A DNA stretch of 64,000 bases from Candidatus Poribacteria bacterium (GTDB lineage: Bacteria; Poribacteria; WGA-4E; PCPOR2b), in the NCBI GenBank assembly GCA_965208325.1, contig OZ242326.1, positions 4,480,001 through 4,544,000 of the forward strand, in the 5' to 3' direction. How positions within the stretch are numbered: position 1 is the stretch's first letter; each line of letters starts with the position of its first letter. Under the pieces are notes generated by a model. It worked only from the letters and a program-made list of their open reading frames with translations. It was not told the origin of the DNA and ran no database searches. Position numbers and translations under genes: made by a program. Of this stretch, positions 60,999 to 64,000 are shown piece by piece.

Positions 60999-61153
60999 AG
61001 TAACTCACAAAGATTTTGTTTGTCTGAATCACGGATTGGCGCGGATTTTACGGATTGAACAGATAGAAGAAATTCACAATGTTTGGGTTCGTATGGCAAA
61101 AATGGGTGTCATGTTTTCATGGTCAATGAGTCACAGTGGCCTGTCGTTTGCCA

Positions 61154-62625
61154 CTACTGCGGCGGCGTCAGCATGGCGGCGATGTCTGCAGGTAGTTTTA
61201 CGCCATTGCATTCCTCGAAGTCTGAGACGCTTTCGCAGAAGAAATGAAATGCGGTGATAATATCCATCCCCATGTCCTTGGCTTTTGTTAGGTCTGCCCT
61301 TGCTTTTTTCCATTCGCCTAGGTGTAACTGCGCTACTCCGCGTCCGGCATAAGGCTCAGCAAGGTCAGGTTTAAGTTCTATTGCTCTGTTGTAATCTTCA
61401 AGCGCAACGTCAATTCTGCCTCTTTTGGTGTAAGCATTACCACGATTGTTATAAGCCTCAACGAGATCACGTTTCAGTTCTATCGCCTTGGTATAACCTA
61501 CGATAGCACGGTCAAAATTGCCTTTTTTGATGTAGGCAATCCCACGGTTGTAATGCGCTTCGACAAAATCGGGCTTCAACTCTATCGCCTTGTTATAGTC
61601 TGCGATAGCGCGCTCCGCGTCGCCTTTTTCGCGATAAACGGCACCACGATTGCTATAAGGCTCAGCGTAGCTAGGATCCAGCTCAATCGCCCTATTACAG
61701 TCTTCAATCGCACGGTCATACTCGCCTAGGATGCGGTAAACCGAACCACGATTGTTGTAAGCGAAGACATCATCTGGTTTCAGTTTTATTGCCATGCTAA
61801 AATCTTGAATTGCAAGATCGTATTCACCTTTATCAGCATAAGCAATGCCGCGATTATTATAGGCGATGACAAATTTGGGCTTCAATTCTATTGCTTTGCT
61901 ATAGTGTGCAATTGCATTATCGTAATGCTCAAGATTCGCTTGTGAGTTCATTCTTCGGGTCTCCTGTTGGTTGCTGGGTTGAACCGACATAAAATTCAAT
62001 ACAGGCAATCTGGTGCAAGTCCTGTTTTCTAATGAACCCATGGAGGTCATTGTAAATGGTTTCTGTAGATATACCGTGATGTTTGTCCAAGTAGCTTAAT
62101 ATCGGTTGTTTGAGGTGTGCCGGAATGACGATTACTTCGTCCGGTTCAATAAATCCTGCGAGTGGTCGAACAAATATGCTCTTCTGGGCTATGATGCGAT
62201 TTCGTGGGTTCTGAGGTTTTCTCTTAACTCGATTCTCGTCCTGTGATTCCTCTCCCATAAGGATAACTCTGCCTGCTTTGTCAAAGAAGCGATCGCAAGC
62301 GAAGAATAGGGCTATGTGATTGTCGGTCGTAAAATCTATGAGATTGGTGTGCCCTCCATAGTGTTGAAGTTCTGCCCAGATTTCAATCTCCTCTTGTTCG
62401 GGGGTATAGTTTTTTGCCGAGTCCAGTATTAGTCCTTCGATCGCTTGTATATCGAAATCCTCGGTTCGCATTTTTTTCTTGCACTCACGCCAAAGACTTG
62501 ACGAAACTTTTCTATAGCGCCTCGGTTCACCGCGGTAGATATAGTTGCCTCTGGCTGTTTTTTCTGCTAACTCACGAAGGATTTCCAAAACAGCGTTTAA
62601 GCTATCTTGCGGATTGGTTTTCCAT
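61154..62625 (-). pseudogene. FRG-domain plus TPR fusion gene broken by frameshift(s)
   Basis: FRG motifs (YIYRGE, LQHYGGHTNLIDFT..IALFFAC, NRIIAQKSIF) in ORF 61929-62702; TPRs (AYNNRG) in overlapping ORF 61154-62050; ATG GAA AAC CAA at 62625 is out of frame with FRG. Confidence 0.72.
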
Positions 62626-62707
62626 GCTGAAGATTTTTTCCCGAAAACGGATATTTCTTCATTGTCTGAATGGCTAATTGGCGCGGATTTGACGGATGAC
62701 ACAGATT

Positions 62708-62823
62708 ATAGTCATTTAGGTTCACATTTACACACAGAGTAATGAACTGATTTACAATCGAGGCTAGGAAGCCTCTCCCACAAACCAATGAGTAAATGTA
62801 TAATTTTTAGTCGAAATGACTAT
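62708..62823. mobile_element. 116-bp MITE-like element carrying a GTGGGAG REP (copy 2)
   Basis: TATAGTCATT...AATGACTATA; matches 52470-52585. Confidence 0.8.
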
Positions 62824-62908
62824 AAAACAACACCGTAACATTTGGGTTCGTTTCGCGATATTGAGTGTCATGTTTTCATCGTAATTAGTCACAGTGGTCT
62901 GTCGTTTG

Positions 62909-63739
62909 TCACTCCTGCGGCGGTGTCAGCATGGCGGTGATGTCTGGCGGTAGCTTCACCTTATGTTTCTGCTCGAAGTCCGGGACGCTTTCGTAGTCGT
63001 TATGGAACGCGGCAATAACTATTAATCCCAAGTTCTCAGCGGTAATCAGGTCTGCTTTGGCTTTTTCCCATTCCGCCAGGATTAACCATGCTTCACCACG
63101 ATTGTAATAGGCATCGGCAAAATCGAGTTTGATTTGTACGGCTTTCGAATAATTTGCGATGGCACGCCCAACCTTCCTCTTTTTGACATAGGCTACGCCG
63201 CGGTTGCTATAGGCTTCGGTTAACTTGGTATCTAGTTCTAATGCCTTGTTAAAATCTACGATTGCGCGGTCATACTCTCCTTTTCTGAGGAAGGCTGTCC
63301 CCCGATTGTTATAAGGTTCAGCATAATCTGAATTCAACGCCAGTGCCTTGTTAAAGTCTTCAATGGCTCGGTCAAAATCTTTTTTGTTGCGGTAAGCGCT
63401 GCCGCGGTTGTTATAGGCTTGAGCGAACTCCGGTTTTAGCTGAATCGCCTTATTATAGTCTTCGATAGCCCGGTCAAACTTGCCCATCTCGTCCCGAACA
63501 ACGCCGCGGTTGTTGTAGGCTATAGCAAAATTAGGATTAATCTCTATTGCTTTGGTAAAGTGTTCAATGGCAAGTTTACAATCGCCTGCGTTGCGACAGT
63601 CAAGGCCGAGATTGTTTAAAATTGCGGCTTCGTGCCGCTTTTGACGTGCTTCCGGCCCACGAATTTCGCCTAGATCTGACGCGTATTCCTTCATGTACGT
63701 TTGATAATCAAATTCCACTTCTTCTTCTGTCGTATTCAT
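62909..63739 (-). CDS. TPR repeat protein, paralog of the TPR part of 61154
   Basis: About six AYNNRG-type TPRs; C-terminus FHNDYESVPDFEQKHKVKLPPDITAMLTPPQ shared with neighbour; AAGGAG RBS before ATG 63739. Confidence 0.9.
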   Translation of the reverse strand: MNTTEEEVEFDYQTYMKEYASDLGEIRGPEARQKRHEAAILNNLGLDCRNAGDCKLAIEHFTKAIEINPNFAIAYNNRGVVRDEMGKFDRAIEDYNKAIQLKPEFAQAYNNRGSAYRNKKDFDRAIEDFNKALALNSDYAEPYNNRGTAFLRKGEYDRAIVDFNKALELDTKLTEAYSNRGVAYVKKRKVGRAIANYSKAVQIKLDFADAYYNRGEAWLILAEWEKAKADLITAENLGLIVIAAFHNDYESVPDFEQKHKVKLPPDITAMLTPPQE

Positions 63740-64000
63740 TGAGTAATCTCCTTTCTGCATTAAATGAAGTGATTACATCATAAAACAAGCCACTGTGCTT
63801 CCGTAAATTTGTGTGTTTTCTAGGCTGAATCGTGGATTTTGCGGAAGACACGGAACTGTCTGAATCGCGGATTGCCACGGATTTTACGGATTACGCAGAT
63901 TGAAGAAATCCACGATTTTTAGGTTCGTTTCGCAAAGCTCGGTGTTGCAATTTCATTGTTGATATTCCAATAGAGATACATAACTGTCAGACACATCTCC

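Noticed and set aside
61154..63739. Diversity-generating retroelement template/variable repeat pair
   Set aside because: Differences between the paralog ends are not adenine-specific and no reverse transcriptase is in the window

Overview
64 kb of a bacterial chromosome. It is probably Candidatus Poribacteria or a relative; this is inferred from seven PhyH-family dioxygenases, a TolB-like protein ending in a V-x-P-x-x-K-x-x-x-TWG-x-LK tail, FRG/TPR genes and very dense intergenic palindromic repeats. The left part is housekeeping: ymdB-like, a selenocysteine-containing selD missed by the ORF track, cutA, pheST behind a Phe T-box riboswitch, infC(ATT start)-rpmI-rplT, glnS, htpX and truA. The middle has two decayed IS elements (IS1595 and ISAs1 families) inserted at one target, a divergent enolase and a PhyH cluster. 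The right end is an accessory or defence-like stretch: PLD-SNF2 helicase, RelE-type TA pair, alpha-carbonic anhydrase, FRG-TPR and TPR, all co-oriented and separated by a recurring intergenic module. The most unusual signal is a nested set of small non-coding elements: several GTAG/GTGG REP-like hairpin families, REP-anchored tandem arrays (84, 52 and 188 bp periods), MITE-like shells carrying REPs, and a non-palindromic ~32-37 bp unit (about 14 copies) that repeatedly sits inside REP hairpins, with filled and empty versions of one site both in the window. No CRISPR array, rRNA or tRNA gene was recognised. All assignments are by motif recognition, without database searches.
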